Source of the DNA: an uncultured Actinomycetes bacterium
GTDB lineage: Bacteria; Actinomycetota; CADDZG01; WHSQ01
Length of the DNA: 24,000 nt
Direction of reading: 5' to 3'
NCBI GenBank assembly: GCA_937863385.1
Contig: CALMBW010000003.1
Span: 62,300-86,299, forward strand
This document shows positions 8,333-16,567 of this stretch, one piece after another (the stretch's first letter is position 1; each line of letters opens with the position of its first letter). Made by a program: the position numbers and the translations under genes. Below the pieces are notes generated by a model, which was not told the DNA's origin, made no database searches, and saw nothing but the letters and a program-made list of their open reading frames with translations.

Positions 8333-9324
8333 CCGATCCGCCGGTCCGAAGGATCGAACGCATGAACGGCCGGCTCCGCGAAGGCCAGGCCCACCTCGGT
8401 GCCAGTCTCAGGTTCTTCACCACTTCCAACGAGAGCCCGCGCGAGAAACGCTTCTCCTTGAACCGTGACGACACTCTCGGAGCCCAATCGGTCGATCTCG
8501 ATCACGTGTCCAGAGACCGAGCCCGCGCCCGGTTGGGTCAGCTCGGTGTTTTCGGGACGAACCCCCAAAATCGCTGTTCCCGACGGAAGCGTCATCGCCT
8601 TCTCGTCGAAGAGATTGATCGGGAAGCGGCCGAGGAAACCAGCCACGAACACGTTGGCCGGGCGATCGTAGAGATCGGTTGGGGTTCCGGTCTGCTCTAC
8701 GGCCCCGTCCTTCAGCACAACGATGCGGTGCCCAAGAGTCATCGCCTCGACCTGATCGTGGGTCACGTAGATCGTGGCGACCCCTAGCTGCGCATGCATC
8801 CTCTTGATCTCGGTTCGGATCTTGAGGCGCAACGAGACGTCCAGGCTCGCCAAAGGTTCGTCCATCAGGAAGACGGCAGGCTCTCGAACCACTGCCCGTG
8901 CGAGAGACACCCGGCGACGCTCCCCACCGGACAATTGTCCGGGATGGCGATCCAGCACGCCCACGAGATCCAACATCGCTGCCGCCTCTCGCACCGCAGA
9001 GTCGACCTCGTCGCGTGGGGTCTTGCGGGCCAGCAAAGGGAAAGCGATGTTGGCCGAGATGGTCATATGGGGGTACAAGGCGTGCTCTTGGAAGACCATC
9101 GCCACGTCACGGGCACCTGGCGGCAGAGAAGTCACATCGCGGTTGCCTATATGCACCGAGCCCCGGTCGGGAGCCTCGAGCCCGGCTATGCATCGCAGAA
9201 GCGTCGACTTGCCCGACCCAGACGGTCCGACAACGACGAGAAGCTCACCTTCTGTCAGCTCGAAAGAGACCTCTCTGAGAGCAGGCGGAACAGAGCGGCT
9301 ATAGCTCTTGGTCAGACCTTCCAC
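8329..9324 (-). CDS. ABC transporter ATP-binding protein (MalK/UgpC-like)
   Basis: 331 aa with Walker A GPSGSGKST, signature LSGGERRR, Walker B FLMDEPLASLD and a C-terminal regulatory-type extension. GTG start. Confidence 0.92.
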   Translation of the reverse strand: MEGLTKSYSRSVPPALREVSFELTEGELLVVVGPSGSGKSTLLRCIAGLEAPDRGSVHIGNRDVTSLPPGARDVAMVFQEHALYPHMTISANIAFPLLARKTPRDEVDSAVREAAAMLDLVGVLDRHPGQLSGGERRRVSLARAVVREPAVFLMDEPLASLDVSLRLKIRTEIKRMHAQLGVATIYVTHDQVEAMTLGHRIVVLKDGAVEQTGTPTDLYDRPANVFVAGFLGRFPINLFDEKAMTLPSGTAILGVRPENTELTQPGAGSVSGHVIEIDRLGSESVVTVQGEAFLARALVGSGEEPETGTEVGLAFAEPAVHAFDPSDRRIG

Positions 9325-9332
9325 CTTGACGC

Positions 9333-10610
9333 TCAGAGAGATGCTCCTTCCTCGAACAGATCCCTGGTCGCTTCTTCCAACTCGGTCAACCCGTCATCGA
9401 TCGAGTAGTCGTCCTCGTAGAAGATGCGAGTGAATATCTCTTCCGCGATGTCTTCGATCTCCGGCCAGGTTGGGATGACAGGCGTGCGACGCAGCACGGG
9501 GATCGCATCGAGGAAAACCTCAGGGTGCGCGGGCGGCTGCGCGGGATTGAGGAAGGCGCCACTTTCGGCGACAGCCCTGAGCGACGGGACGGTACGACCT
9601 GAAAGAGCCGTGATCGTCTGCCCCTCTTCGCCCATAGCGAATCCGATGAACTCCATCACGGCGTCGAGCTCACCTGCCGCTCGGGACACGCAGTAGGCAT
9701 CCGAATGAAGGATCCCTACGGGCTGCTTCGCTATCGGGAGCGGAGCGACATCGAAGTTGAGCGATGTGTTCTCTCTGAAGAACGGAGTATCTCGCCTGGA
9801 CGACAGGAGCATCCCTAGCTTCCCTGTCGCGAAACGGGTTTCGAGGTCTTGGGCTGCGAGCTCCTCCTCGGTCGGGACGACACCGTCTTCGCGCACGAGC
9901 GTTGATAGGAATCCGATGGCCTCTCGCGCCTCGGGTGTGTCGAGCGTGAAGCGCGTGGGGGCGACTGGATCGTCGACGATCTCGCCACCGTTGCTCCAAA
10001 CGAAAGGCGCGATCCTGATGATGCTCGGCTCGATGCCGAGACCGCGCACCTGAGCTTCTGGATCGTTGAGCGCCATGGCGTAGTCGCGGAACTGCTCCCA
10101 CGACCACCCGTCCTGCGGACGGTCCAGCCCGGCCGCTTCGAGAAGCGCAACGTTGTAGTAAACGACCAGGGACGACACGTTCTGGGGCATGCATTGGAGC
10201 TCACCGTCGAAGGTGAATGCGTCGACCGGCTCGGAGAAGTAATCGGCCATATCGAGCCCCGCTTTGCGGAGATGCGGTCCCACGGGTTCGATGGCGTCGC
10301 GCACGACGAACTGCGAGTATTCGCGGAAGTTCAACAGGAACACATCGGGTGGAGCACCTCCGGCAAAGGAGGTCGAGAGCTTCTGCAGATGTTCGTCCTT
10401 ATCGGCGATCTCGATCAGCTGCACATCGATATCGGGGTACTCCTTCTCGAACGCTTTCTCGACCGTGCGATACGCCGCGATCTCCTCGGCTTCGCCTGCG
10501 ACCTGAAAGGAGATCTGGACTCGCCCACCGGAGCTCTCACCATCGTTGCTGCATCCCGCGGCGATCATGCCGGCTATCGCAAGTGACGAGCCGAGGAGCT
10601 TGGATCTCAC
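9333..10610 (-). CDS. ABC transporter extracellular solute-binding lipoprotein (family 1, sugar-type)
   Basis: 425 aa with signal peptide and lipobox (IAAGC). The overall pattern fits carbohydrate SBPs. Its GTG start overlaps the upstream permease stop (GTGA). Confidence 0.87.
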   Translation of the reverse strand: MRSKLLGSSLAIAGMIAAGCSNDGESSGGRVQISFQVAGEAEEIAAYRTVEKAFEKEYPDIDVQLIEIADKDEHLQKLSTSFAGGAPPDVFLLNFREYSQFVVRDAIEPVGPHLRKAGLDMADYFSEPVDAFTFDGELQCMPQNVSSLVVYYNVALLEAAGLDRPQDGWSWEQFRDYAMALNDPEAQVRGLGIEPSIIRIAPFVWSNGGEIVDDPVAPTRFTLDTPEAREAIGFLSTLVREDGVVPTEEELAAQDLETRFATGKLGMLLSSRRDTPFFRENTSLNFDVAPLPIAKQPVGILHSDAYCVSRAAGELDAVMEFIGFAMGEEGQTITALSGRTVPSLRAVAESGAFLNPAQPPAHPEVFLDAIPVLRRTPVIPTWPEIEDIAEEIFTRIFYEDDYSIDDGLTELEEATRDLFEEGASL

Positions 10611-11416
10611 GGCGACACTTCCAGTGTCTTGTCGAAGAAGGCTCGTTGCGCCGCCAGGAATGCCGCTACCGCAGGAAGCGTCGCCATCACGGCAGCAGCC
10701 AACAGCAACGGGAAGTTCTGAGGTTCGAGCGTCTGTAAGGCACGCAACCCCAGAGGCACGGTGTAGAGATCGGTGTCGTTCAGATATAGCAACGGGTCGA
10801 CGAGGTTCGACCAGTAGGAGACGAACGCCAAGACAGCCACCGCAAATGTGGCGGGTTTCACAAGCGGCGAGGCCACCCGGTGCCAGATCTGGAACGGCGA
10901 CCAGCCATCGAGCTGTGCCGCTTCATAGAGATGCTTGGGAACCCGGTAGTGGGCGAGAGCGAAGATGAGAACGTAGAAGGGCGTCGTCGCCATCAGCGCC
11001 GGCATCATCAGAGCAACAAGCGTGTCGGTCAGCCCGAGCCACCGGAAGATCACGAATCGGGGCACCCACAAGGCGGTTAGGGGAACCATCATTGCCACCA
11101 CCGTTACGGCCACCAACTTGGTTCGACGTGCCTGGTCCGAGGTTGCGATCGCGAACCCCGCCCAGGATGCGACCACCACCGTGACAGGCACCGCGACCAG
11201 CGACACGATCGTCGAGTTCGCAAGCTGGCGCCACAACGGGATGAATAGGAAAACGAAATCGTAGGTGTCGAGCGTAGGGTCGGGAGGCAGCAGCTCGAAG
11301 CCGTCAGGCGGTGCCATACCCGGGCGCCGAAGGGAAGCGAGAACCATGAACAACAAGGGTCCGGCGAACACCAGCGCGATAGCGGCGCTGGCGATGGTTC
11401 GCCACCTTGTACTCAC
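10607..11416 (-). CDS. ABC transporter permease (MalG/UgpE-like)
   Basis: Multi-TM ORF. I moved the start from the track position (11467) to GTG 11416. That GTG is preceded by SD GGGGGAG and overlaps the stop of the upstream lipoprotein gene (GTGA). The longer version would overlap that gene by 55 nt. Confidence 0.82.
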   Translation of the reverse strand: MSTRWRTIASAAIALVFAGPLLFMVLASLRRPGMAPPDGFELLPPDPTLDTYDFVFLFIPLWRQLANSTIVSLVAVPVTVVVASWAGFAIATSDQARRTKLVAVTVVAMMVPLTALWVPRFVIFRWLGLTDTLVALMMPALMATTPFYVLIFALAHYRVPKHLYEAAQLDGWSPFQIWHRVASPLVKPATFAVAVLAFVSYWSNLVDPLLYLNDTDLYTVPLGLRALQTLEPQNFPLLLAAAVMATLPAVAAFLAAQRAFFDKTLEVSP

Positions 11417-11865
11417 TTGCTCCCCCGTTCCTCGATCAGCACGACCACGCTGACCTCCCCCTTGCATCTCGTTTGGCGCAAGGTGAAGTTCACGTTGTTC
11501 TCCTTGCGATCGATGAAACCTATCTCTGCCTCGAAGCCTTCGTTATCGCCACTGAGCAGGGTGTAGCCATTCTCTGTAAGGGTTCGAACGATGTCGGGGT
11601 AGAGCTCGACGATGAGTGTTTGCGTCAGCGCCTCGGCCCCCACGAAGCCGTCTCGCCGTTCCACAATCACGATCGTTCCCCAGCGATCCAGAGGCAGCGA
11701 GCGCGGCAACAGGGCCGGATCGCCGCTGGGTGAGGGCGACGGGCAAGGCGTTGCAACCGAGTCACTGGAGCCGCTTCCAGAGCCGCAAGCGCTGAGACCC
11801 AGAAGACCCACGGAGCACAGCGCCGTCATGGTTCGAGACAAGCGATGTGGGCTCCCGCTGCTCAC
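11413..11865 (-). CDS. Small lipoprotein of unknown function, translationally coupled to the ABC permease
   Basis: Lipobox LLGLSAC follows a basic n-region when started at GTG 11865, with SD GAGGG overlapping the upstream stop. ATG 11829 is the alternative start. The 191-aa track version overlaps the upstream gene. I recognise no domain. Confidence 0.55.
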   Translation of the reverse strand: MSSGSPHRLSRTMTALCSVGLLGLSACGSGSGSSDSVATPCPSPSPSGDPALLPRSLPLDRWGTIVIVERRDGFVGAEALTQTLIVELYPDIVRTLTENGYTLLSGDNEGFEAEIGFIDRKENNVNFTLRQTRCKGEVSVVVLIEERGSK

Positions 11866-11872
11866 GGCGCCC

Positions 11873-12250
11873 TCAGTCGTGAAGGATCGTTGCTTTGACC
11901 CTCGTTCGACCGGCCGAGATGAAGTCCAGTTTTCGTGCCGCTCGCCGAGACACATCCAACTTGGTCTCTTTGTCTCCGTACGGACCACGATCTCGAACCG
12001 TCACGGTCACCACCTTGTCGTTGGACAAGTTGCGGACGCGCAGGCGCGTGCCGCACGGGAGGTTCCGGTGTGCAGCGACCATCTTCCAGGGTTGGTACTT
12101 GCCCCCGCATGCCATCGTCTCGCCCTTGTAGGCGTTCGAGTAATAGATGGCGTCGCCTTTGAACGAATCGTGAGCCGCTCTTGCCATCAGCGGAACCAGG
12201 GCCAAGCTCAACGCAACAGAGAGCGCGACGAAACCTCGGCGGGTCTTCAT
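11873..12250 (-). CDS. RlpA-like double-psi beta-barrel (DPBB) domain protein, secreted
   Basis: The core GETMACGGKY...MVAAHRNLPCGTRLRVRNLSNDKVVTVTVRDRGPY...LDVSRRAARKL matches the RlpA/DPBB pattern. The start is taken at ATG 12250, which gives the signal peptide MKTRRGFVALSVALSLALVPLMARA. It lies 5 nt after the lipA stop. Confidence 0.7.
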   Translation of the reverse strand: MKTRRGFVALSVALSLALVPLMARAAHDSFKGDAIYYSNAYKGETMACGGKYQPWKMVAAHRNLPCGTRLRVRNLSNDKVVTVTVRDRGPYGDKETKLDVSRRAARKLDFISAGRTRVKATILHD

Positions 12251-12255
12251 AAGGG

Positions 12256-13248
12256 TCAGCGCGCGAGCCGGGCTGCAGCGCTTCGATACTGCTTGCCGGC
12301 GTGATAGCTCGAACGGACCAGGGGGCCGGACTCGACCCACGCGAAACCCAGCTCCTGCTCGCCGAAGTCCTTGTAGCGAGCGAACTCATCGGGGTGGACC
12401 CAGCGGTGCACGGGCAGGTGCCACGACACGCTCGGTTGCAGGTATTGACCGATCGTAAGTACGTCACAGCCCACCGCACGAAGATCCGCCATCGCTGCCC
12501 GCATCTCTTGCTCGGTCTCGCCCATCCCGGCGATGAGGTTCGATTTCGTTACCTGAGTGGGATGGAGTTCCGTGGCCCAACGAAGCAACTCGAGACTCTG
12601 CGCGTACCCGAACCCGGGCCTGATCTGCGGATGAAGGCGCTCGACCGTCTCCAGGTTGTGGGCAAGGACGTCGGGCTGAGCAGCTATGACAGTTGCGAGC
12701 GAGTCACGAGGGCTCTGCTTGCGGCCCTTGAGATCGGGGATCAGGACCTCGATCCCGCAATCGGGCTGCGCGGCCCGGATCGCCTGGATGATGGCAGCCC
12801 AGTGAGACGCCGCGCCATCATCGAGATCGTCGCGCGCTACCCCCGTAACGACCGCGAACTTCAGGCCCATCAGCGTGACGGCCTCGGCGATCTTGGCCGG
12901 TTCGTCAGCGTCGAGCGCCTGCGGCTTGGCCGTCATGACATCGCAGAATCCGCACCGGCGCGTGCAGAGGTCTCCGCAAGCGAGGAAGGTCGCTTCCCGC
13001 GCTTCCCAACACTCATAGATGTTGGGGCAGGCCGCCTGCTCGCACACGGTCGAGAGCCCGCGCTCTCGCATGATGTTGCGCAGCTCCGAGAAGTTCTCGC
13101 CGTAGCGAACGCGCACCTTCAACCACTCCGGTTTCGAGGTGGGCCGCCCGGCGGTCTCACCCGGGGCAAGGTGCATCGGCACGCCACGACGCAGGTCGCG
13201 CTCGACCTGCTCGCGCGTACGGATCGTCGGTTGGATCAAGTCAGCCAT
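12256..13248 (-). CDS. lipA: Lipoyl synthase (radical SAM)
   Basis: 330 aa with the N-terminal auxiliary-cluster cysteines CEQAACPNIYEC and the radical-SAM motif CTRRCGFC. Confidence 0.95.
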   Translation of the reverse strand: MADLIQPTIRTREQVERDLRRGVPMHLAPGETAGRPTSKPEWLKVRVRYGENFSELRNIMRERGLSTVCEQAACPNIYECWEAREATFLACGDLCTRRCGFCDVMTAKPQALDADEPAKIAEAVTLMGLKFAVVTGVARDDLDDGAASHWAAIIQAIRAAQPDCGIEVLIPDLKGRKQSPRDSLATVIAAQPDVLAHNLETVERLHPQIRPGFGYAQSLELLRWATELHPTQVTKSNLIAGMGETEQEMRAAMADLRAVGCDVLTIGQYLQPSVSWHLPVHRWVHPDEFARYKDFGEQELGFAWVESGPLVRSSYHAGKQYRSAAARLAR

Positions 13249-13294
13249 AGATCAACCCAGGGTACCCGAGCGCCGTTATCAGAGATTTCCAGCC

Positions 13295-13450
13295 ATGACG
13301 AGCTGGGCCAGTTTGAAGAAGCAGTGCCAGAGTTAGCGGGGACGGTCAAGACGCTCTTCGACACTTACAAACACAAGACGATCGCAGCCCTTCGCAAAGA
13401 TGGCCCCCGGATCAGCGGCATCGAGGCCACCACCCTTCGCCGGATCTGCA
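13295..13450 (+). pseudogene. Truncated, frameshifted N-terminal remnant of a pyridoxamine-5'-phosphate-oxidase-family (PNPOx-like) gene
   Basis: ATG 13295 reads MTSWA in one frame. After a 1-nt shift near 13307-13311 the adjacent frame reads QFEEAVPELAGTVKTLFDTYKHKTIAALRKDGPRISGIEATTL. From memory, this matches the N-terminus of actinobacterial PNPOx-like proteins (...HKHHTLATLRKDGSPRISGTE...). The similarity ends where the convergent PD40 gene stops (13451). Confidence 0.45.
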
Positions 13451-14389
13451 TCATGAAGCAGGCTTCCAATCAGGCGAAAAGAAGAGGGAGTCCTTGCGGC
13501 CATGTAGCCGCTTCAGATCTGAACCGTCGATCCGCACTTTGAATAGACTCCACCCCTCACCTCGGCTGAAAACGATCCAGCGCCCATCCGGCGAGAAGCT
13601 GGGACCCCGGTTATTACCCGAGCCACCCTTCGTCAGTCGCTCAATCTGCGTTCCGTCTGACCGCATAGTGAAGAGTTGCCATCCCCGTTTGTTCGTCCAG
13701 CGAGAAAAGGCGATCGAAGATCCGTCTGGTGACCACTCCGGACTCTCCTCCGTAAGGTGCGGAGTAGCAAGCACAGGCTCGCGGGCTGACCCGTTCGAGT
13801 CCATAGCGTAGATGTCATCTCCGTCTCCATCTCCGGCTATGAAGATGATCTTCGAGCCGTCAGGCGACCAAGCTGGGGAACTCTCCTGCACGTCATTTTC
13901 GGTTAGTTGAGCCGACTCACCCGTGTCGACATTGATGGTTACGATCTCGGCGTTCTCCCAGTCCTCATTGACGTAAGCGATCTCAGTACCGTCTGGCGAC
14001 CATGCCGGCTGCTCAGAGGAGAGGGAGTCTCGAGTCATCCTGACGAGATCGGTTCCATCGGCACTGATTACCCAGATCTCATCACTGTCATCGTCTGAGC
14101 CGTTCTCTGAACCCCTTGCGAACGCGACCCTCGTTCCATCCGGAGACCAAGTCGGCCCACTATTGATCCCATAGCCATCTTCAACTAAGACCTCGACATC
14201 AGGGCCATTCACGGCTGCTGTCAACAGACGCGTTGACTCGACATTCTCGTCGCACGGTGTTGGACATTCCACGAAAACGACCCACTTCCTAAGTGCATCA
14301 GAGGGAGATGGTTTCGATCGCACCGACTCGGATGGCGTACAGGCGACGACAACAGCGACCAGCGATATGAAGGCAGTCGTCCTCAGCAT
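13451..14389 (-). CDS. PD40/TolB-like beta-propeller repeat lipoprotein (paralogue 2)
   Basis: Six PD40-type blades: GPTWSPDGTRVAF, QPAWSPDGTEIAY, SPAWSPDGSKIIF, SPEWSPDGSSIAF, GPSFSPDGRWIVF and FFSPDW. The start is taken at ATG 14389, with SD AGGAG 6 nt upstream and signal plus lipobox MLRTTAFISLVAVVVAC. The longer track start (14482) would include a terminator-like hairpin. Confidence 0.8.
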   Translation of the reverse strand: MLRTTAFISLVAVVVACTPSESVRSKPSPSDALRKWVVFVECPTPCDENVESTRLLTAAVNGPDVEVLVEDGYGINSGPTWSPDGTRVAFARGSENGSDDDSDEIWVISADGTDLVRMTRDSLSSEQPAWSPDGTEIAYVNEDWENAEIVTINVDTGESAQLTENDVQESSPAWSPDGSKIIFIAGDGDGDDIYAMDSNGSAREPVLATPHLTEESPEWSPDGSSIAFSRWTNKRGWQLFTMRSDGTQIERLTKGGSGNNRGPSFSPDGRWIVFSRGEGWSLFKVRIDGSDLKRLHGRKDSLFFSPDWKPAS

Positions 14390-14469
14390 CTCTGCTCCTA
14401 GCTCGACGTAGTCATTCATCAGGATAGAGACTCCCCGGAAGGCCCAAGCGTTCCCTGCTGGGAAGTGAC

Positions 14470-14494
14470 AGGGGCGGTCCATCGGACCGCCCCT
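14470..14494 (-). terminator. GC-rich hairpin downstream of E1-beta
   Basis: 11-bp stem aggggcggtcc/ggaccgcccct with a 3-nt loop, about 40 nt after the E1-beta stop. There is no U-tract, which is common in high-GC actinobacteria. Confidence 0.45.
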
Positions 14495-14535
14495 GAAATG
14501 TCTGATGATCTCCGGCTACATTCCGGAATCGACGC

Positions 14536-15534
14536 CTAGTACTCGGCTAGTTTTCGCATCTCTTGTTCGAGGCGGTCCACGTCGGGCAGGAACCAGTGCT
14601 CGAGCGTTGGAGCGAACGGCATGGCGGGAACGTGCGGGCCACCGATGCGAACGATCGGACCATCGAGCTCGAACAGAGCGTTCTCGGCGATCTGGGCGGC
14701 AACCTCGGCCCCCACGCCCAGGAACTTGTTGTCCTCGTAAACGATCATGACCTTGTTGGTCTTGCCGACCGATTCGAGGATGGTGCCCATATCCAAGGGG
14801 TAGATGCTGCGAAGATCGATGACCTCGGCCTCGATCCCGTCTTTGCTGAGACGGTCGGCCGCTTCGACACAGAAGTGATGCATCAAGCCGTAACTAACCA
14901 CGGTCACGTCCGAGCCTTCACGGCGGACCTTGGCCTTACCGAACTCGATGTTGTAACGCTCGTCGGGGACATCGCCCTTGATCAACCGGTAGCACTTCTT
15001 GTGCTCGAGGAAAAGGACCGGGTCCTCATCCTGGATCGCCGTGATCAGCATGCCCTTGGCGTCCTCAGGAGTGGACGGAGCCACGACCTTCAGGCCGGGC
15101 ACGTGAGCGAACAGCGCCTCGATGCTCTGCGAGTGATAGAGCGCCCCGTGAACCCCACCACCGTAAGGAGTGCGAAAGAGCACCGGGCAGTTGAAGTCGT
15201 TGTTGCTGCGGTACCGGATACGAGCAGCTTCCTGAACGATCTGATTGAAGCCCGGGAAGATGAAGTCGGCGAACTGCATCTCGGCCACCGGAAGCAATCC
15301 GTCCATCGCCATGCCGATAGCGACGCCTGCGATCAGGTTCTCGTCCAGCGGGGTGTCGATGACCCGGTCCTCGCCGAACTCATCGAGGAACCCCATCGTG
15401 ACCCTGAACACACCACCGCGAGCACCGACGTCTTCGCCGAGAACCACGATGCGATCGTCGTTGCGCATCTCCTCGGCAAGGGTGTCGTGGATCGTTGAAA
15501 CCAGGTTCTTGTTGGTGGTCGCCGTCTCTGCCAT
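14536..15534 (-). CDS. 2-oxoacid dehydrogenase E1 component, beta subunit (heterotetrameric PDH/BCKDH type)
   Basis: 332 aa with the typical transketolase-like pyrimidine-binding and C-terminal domains (VVLGEDVG..GGVFRVT, DTPL.E, FADFI). Its ATG abuts the E1-alpha stop (TAGATG). Confidence 0.92.
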   Translation of the reverse strand: MAETATTNKNLVSTIHDTLAEEMRNDDRIVVLGEDVGARGGVFRVTMGFLDEFGEDRVIDTPLDENLIAGVAIGMAMDGLLPVAEMQFADFIFPGFNQIVQEAARIRYRSNNDFNCPVLFRTPYGGGVHGALYHSQSIEALFAHVPGLKVVAPSTPEDAKGMLITAIQDEDPVLFLEHKKCYRLIKGDVPDERYNIEFGKAKVRREGSDVTVVSYGLMHHFCVEAADRLSKDGIEAEVIDLRSIYPLDMGTILESVGKTNKVMIVYEDNKFLGVGAEVAAQIAENALFELDGPIVRIGGPHVPAMPFAPTLEHWFLPDVDRLEQEMRKLAEY

Positions 15535-16542
15535 CTAGACCACCTCCAGGTCGCCATAAACATGGTCGGCGGCGGTACCGGGGTCGGGGAACTCGGCCTC
15601 TTCGGCCGCCTTCGCTCCTTCGGTTACCTCTGCTTTGGTCTCTTCACGCATCGCTTCGATCTTGGCGTCATCGATCAGGTCGACGGACCTCAGATAGGTC
15701 TCGAAGCGCGGGATCGGGTCCTTCTGCTTCCACTCCTCGACCTCTTCCTTGGAGCGGTAGGTGCGGTCGTCGTCGTCGCTGGTGTGTGAGTAGTGGCGGT
15801 ACGTGCGCAGCTCGATCAACGAGGGGCCCTCACCGGCCCGGGCACGATCGACGGCTTCCTTCGCCAGACGGTAGCTCTCGAGGATGTCGTTACCATCCCC
15901 GAGGTGGCCGGGGAACCCGTAACCCTGCGCCCGGCCGTGAACGGAGCCGGCAACCTGCTTGGACTCGTGCACGGAGATGGCGTACTGGTTGTTCTCGCAG
16001 AAGAAGACCATAGGCAGCTTGTGGATGCCTGCGAAGTTCATCGCGCCGTGCCAGTCACCTTCTGAGGTTCCACCTTCGCCGAACCACGTGCCAACCACAG
16101 CGTCTGCCTTCTTGTACTTCTTGGAGTAAGCGATACCGGCGGCGTGCAGCACCTGTGTGGCGATCGGTGAGGAGCCGGTGATGATGTTGCGCTCCTTGCT
16201 ACCCCAGTGCGCCGGCATCTGGCGGCCGCCCGAAGAGGGGTCGTCCTTCTTTCCGAACAACCCGAGGAAGATGTCCTTTGGGGTGAATCCAGCGACGAGA
16301 ACCAAAGCCATGTCGCGGTAGTAGGGGCAGAACACGTCCTTGCCCTTCTCGAAGGCCCACGCGGACCCGACCTGGGCGGCCTCGTGACCGGAAACGGGAA
16401 CCACGAACGGAGCCTTGCCCATCCGGTTAAGCGCCCACTGACGCTCGTCGCAGTACCGGGCCAGCAGCATGTAGCGATACATGCCTAAGAGGTCTTCCTC
16501 CTTGAGGCCCAGATCCGTGTGCAGATCCTTGCCTTTCGCCAT
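15535..16542 (-). CDS. 2-oxoacid dehydrogenase E1 component, alpha subunit (ThDP-binding; BCKDH/PDH type)
   Basis: 335 aa. It has GGRQMPAHWG and the ThDP motif GEGGTSEGDWHGAMNFAGIHKLPMVFFCENNQYAIS. A strong SD is present (AAGGAGGAGCACCAC-ATG). Confidence 0.92.
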   Translation of the reverse strand: MAKGKDLHTDLGLKEEDLLGMYRYMLLARYCDERQWALNRMGKAPFVVPVSGHEAAQVGSAWAFEKGKDVFCPYYRDMALVLVAGFTPKDIFLGLFGKKDDPSSGGRQMPAHWGSKERNIITGSSPIATQVLHAAGIAYSKKYKKADAVVGTWFGEGGTSEGDWHGAMNFAGIHKLPMVFFCENNQYAISVHESKQVAGSVHGRAQGYGFPGHLGDGNDILESYRLAKEAVDRARAGEGPSLIELRTYRHYSHTSDDDDRTYRSKEEVEEWKQKDPIPRFETYLRSVDLIDDAKIEAMREETKAEVTEGAKAAEEAEFPDPGTAADHVYGDLEVV

Positions 16543-16567
16543 GTGGTGCTCCTCCTTGAGCAGGACT

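Noticed and set aside
7851-8474. 207-aa minus-strand ORF spanning the ATPase/permease junction
   Set aside because: It is out of frame with two well-supported ABC genes and is Arg/Ser-rich low complexity.
12301-13542. 413-aa plus-strand ORF, the longest unexplained ORF in the track
   Set aside because: It is antisense to lipA over most of its length. Its composition is Arg/Leu/Asp-rich, typical of a shadow frame in high-GC DNA, with no motif. Only its tail (about 13294-13440) carries real signal, which I report separately as the PNPOx-like remnant.
13451-13542. Possible continuation of the PNPOx-like frame (DLNRRSAL resembles the family DLRRD.R.AL block)
   Set aside because: The spacing from the RISG block does not fit. 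The region is the genuine C-terminal blade of the PD40 protein on the other strand, which aligns with the C-terminus of paralogue 1. The match is most likely coincidental.
14390-14482. N-terminal extension of PD40 paralogue 2 (MDRPCHFPAG...)
   Set aside because: The extension contains the terminator-like hairpin at 14470-14494 and lacks an SD. ATG 14389 has AGGAG at the right spacing and yields a proper lipoprotein signal.
14563-15498. 311-aa plus-strand ORF
   Set aside because: Antisense shadow of the E1-beta gene.
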